A stretch of DNA of 61,465 nucleotides, filler included, from Chiloscyllium plagiosum (Eukaryota), in assembly GCF_004010195.1 (NCBI RefSeq). It is 4 parts of one record of this genome, joined end to end, with 100 filler letters (N's around TTAATTAATTAA, not from the genome) between each part and the next. Parts side by side here need not be neighbours in the genome. Positions count along the whole stretch, not along the records: positions 55,546 to 61,465 come from NC_057713.1; 3 more parts are not named here. One strand, 5' to 3'. The notes beneath the pieces were generated by a model. That model was not told the DNA's origin. It worked only from the letters and a program-made list of their open reading frames with translations, and ran no database searches. Shown here piece after piece: positions 59,829 to 61,465 of this stretch (positions are counted from its first letter, which is position 1; every line of letters begins with the position of its first letter). Made by a program: the position numbers and the translations under genes.

Positions 59829-61020
59829 GAGTCATAGAGTCATAGAGATGTACAGCACGGAAACAGACCTTCGGTCCAATCTGTCCATGCTGTCCATGCT
59901 GACCGTGTTGGCGGCATGGTGGCACAGTGGTTAGCACTGCTGCCTCACAGCGCCAGAGACCCGGGTTCAATTCCCGCCTCAGGCGACTGGCTGTGTGGAG
60001 TTTGCACGTTCTCCCCGTGTCGGCGTGGGTTTCCTCTGGGTGCTCCGGTTTCCTCCCACAGTCCAAAAGATGTGCAGGTCAGGTGAATTGGCCATGCTAA
60101 ATTGCCCGTAGTGTTAGGTAAGGGGTAAATGTAGGGGTATGGGTGGGTNNNNNNNNNNNNNNNNNNNNNNNNNNNNNNNNNNNNNNNNNNNNNNNNNNNN
60201 NNNNNNNNNNNNNNNNNNNNNNNNNNNNNNNNNNNNNNNNNNNNNNNNNTCTCACCCTAAACCTATGCCCTCTAGTTCTGGACTCCCCGACCCCAGGGAA
60301 AAGACTTTGTCTATTTATCCTATCCATGCCCCTCATAATTTTATAAACCTCTATAAGGTCACTCCTCAGCCTCCGATGGTCCAGGGAAAACAGCCCAGCC
60401 TTGTCAGCCTCTCCCTGTAGCTCAGATCCTCCAACCCTGGCAACATCCTTGTCAATCTTTTCTGAACCCTTTCAAGTTTCACAACATCTTTCCGATAGAA
60501 GGAGACCAGAATTGCCCGCAATATTCCAACCAATGTCCTGTACAGCCACAACATGACCTCCCAACTCCTGTACTCAATATTCTGATCCACTCGATCTGAT
60601 AAGATTCGCATCCAACAGATGCGATGGCAGATATAATCCGCAGTAACCCTTAAACTCTCTTTAAACTCCCACATCTGACAAGAAGTACATATCACTGCAA
60701 AGGCCATTTTTGTTCCTTCACAATCTACAGACCCAGAAAATAACACCGTCTTATTCCTCTACAAACACTGCCACAGGTTAAATTAATAGCTATGGCTTAT
60801 ATTTTAAGTTTAATCAAGAGACTTATCTCGTAAAAAATATAATCAAAAAAGAATCCACTATACTCACTACTGCAGCCTTTCTCTAGGACAGACTTAAAAC
60901 AACATTCCTCCAAGATTAGTTGTGAATTTCACTGTTTGTTAATTTTCCCAGATGCACTCCGATATCCAGTGACACATGAATTCAAACAGCAAAGGCGGTA
61001 ACTGTGCAGGTTTTCTCTAT
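59829..61020 (-). mobile_element. Internally deleted CR1 (5' UTR and ORF1 N-terminus fused to ORF2 C-terminus), interrupted by a SINE and a gap
   Basis: ORF 60366-60746: MAFAVICTSCQMWE..YIC..DRVDQ joined in frame to NIEYRSWEVML..LERVQKR. The tail lies at 59829-59905; the 5' boundary is approximate. Confidence 0.78.
59909..60148 (+). mobile_element. Young HE1-like SINE running into a gap
   Basis: A and B boxes and V-domain. Confidence 0.92.
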
Positions 61021-61032
61021 CTCTCTTATGTG

Positions 61033-61465
61033 AGGAATAAGAGAATGGTCAAAGAAAGAGTAGGGCCGATCAGGGATAGCATAGGGAATTGTGTGTGGAG
61101 TCTGAGGAGTTAGGGGAAGCCCTAAATGAGTTTTTTGCTTCTGTCTTTATGAAAGAAACGAACTTTGTAGTGAATGAAGCCTTTGAAGAGCAGGTGTGCA
61201 TGCTGGAATGGATAGAGATAGAGGAAGCTGATGTGCTGAAAATTTTGTCAAATATTAAGATTGACAAGTCGCCAGGCCCGGACCAGATTTGTCCTCGGCT
61301 GCTTTGGGAAATGAGAAATGCAATTGCTCCACCACTTGCGAAGATCTTTTCATCCTCGCTCTCCACTGGAATCGTACCTGAGGACTGGAGAGAGGCAAAT
61401 GTAATTCCGCTCTTCAAGAAAGGAAATAGGGAAATCCCAGGCAATTACAGACCAGTCAGTCTCAC
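61033..61465 (+). mobile_element. CR1 ORF2 fragment (pre-RT region), continues past the window
   Basis: LNEFFASVF, KSPGPDQI, PEDWREANVIPLFKKG and NYRPVSL motifs. Confidence 0.93.

Overview
Repeat-dense vertebrate DNA, very likely from a shark or other elasmobranch. This is inferred from HE1-type V-SINEs, CR1 LINEs with an SGNH-esterase ORF1, DeuSINE relics and abundant Penelope-like elements (PLEs). It is a draft assembly with seven N-gaps, three of them identical 44N-TTAATTAATTAA-44N linkers. Only one host exon is recognisable: a 120-bp phase 0-0 exon of TAF4/TAF4B (22363-22482, +). Most of the rest is nested CR1, SINE, Rex1-like and PLE fragments, plus a Tigger-like MITE, minisatellites and repeat-free AT-rich blocks that look like enhancers. 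The most notable signals are: (1) several distinct PLE families whose terminal repeats each carry a minimal hammerhead-ribozyme motif with covarying stem II and palindromic stem III, often inserted as fold-backs in which one arm lacks a ~34-37-nt tail; (2) a set of exon-like segments at 392-6215 from an unidentified, possibly decayed gene; (3) several apparent locally templated insertions. Family names come from recalled motifs, no searches were run, and boundaries of old repeats are approximate.
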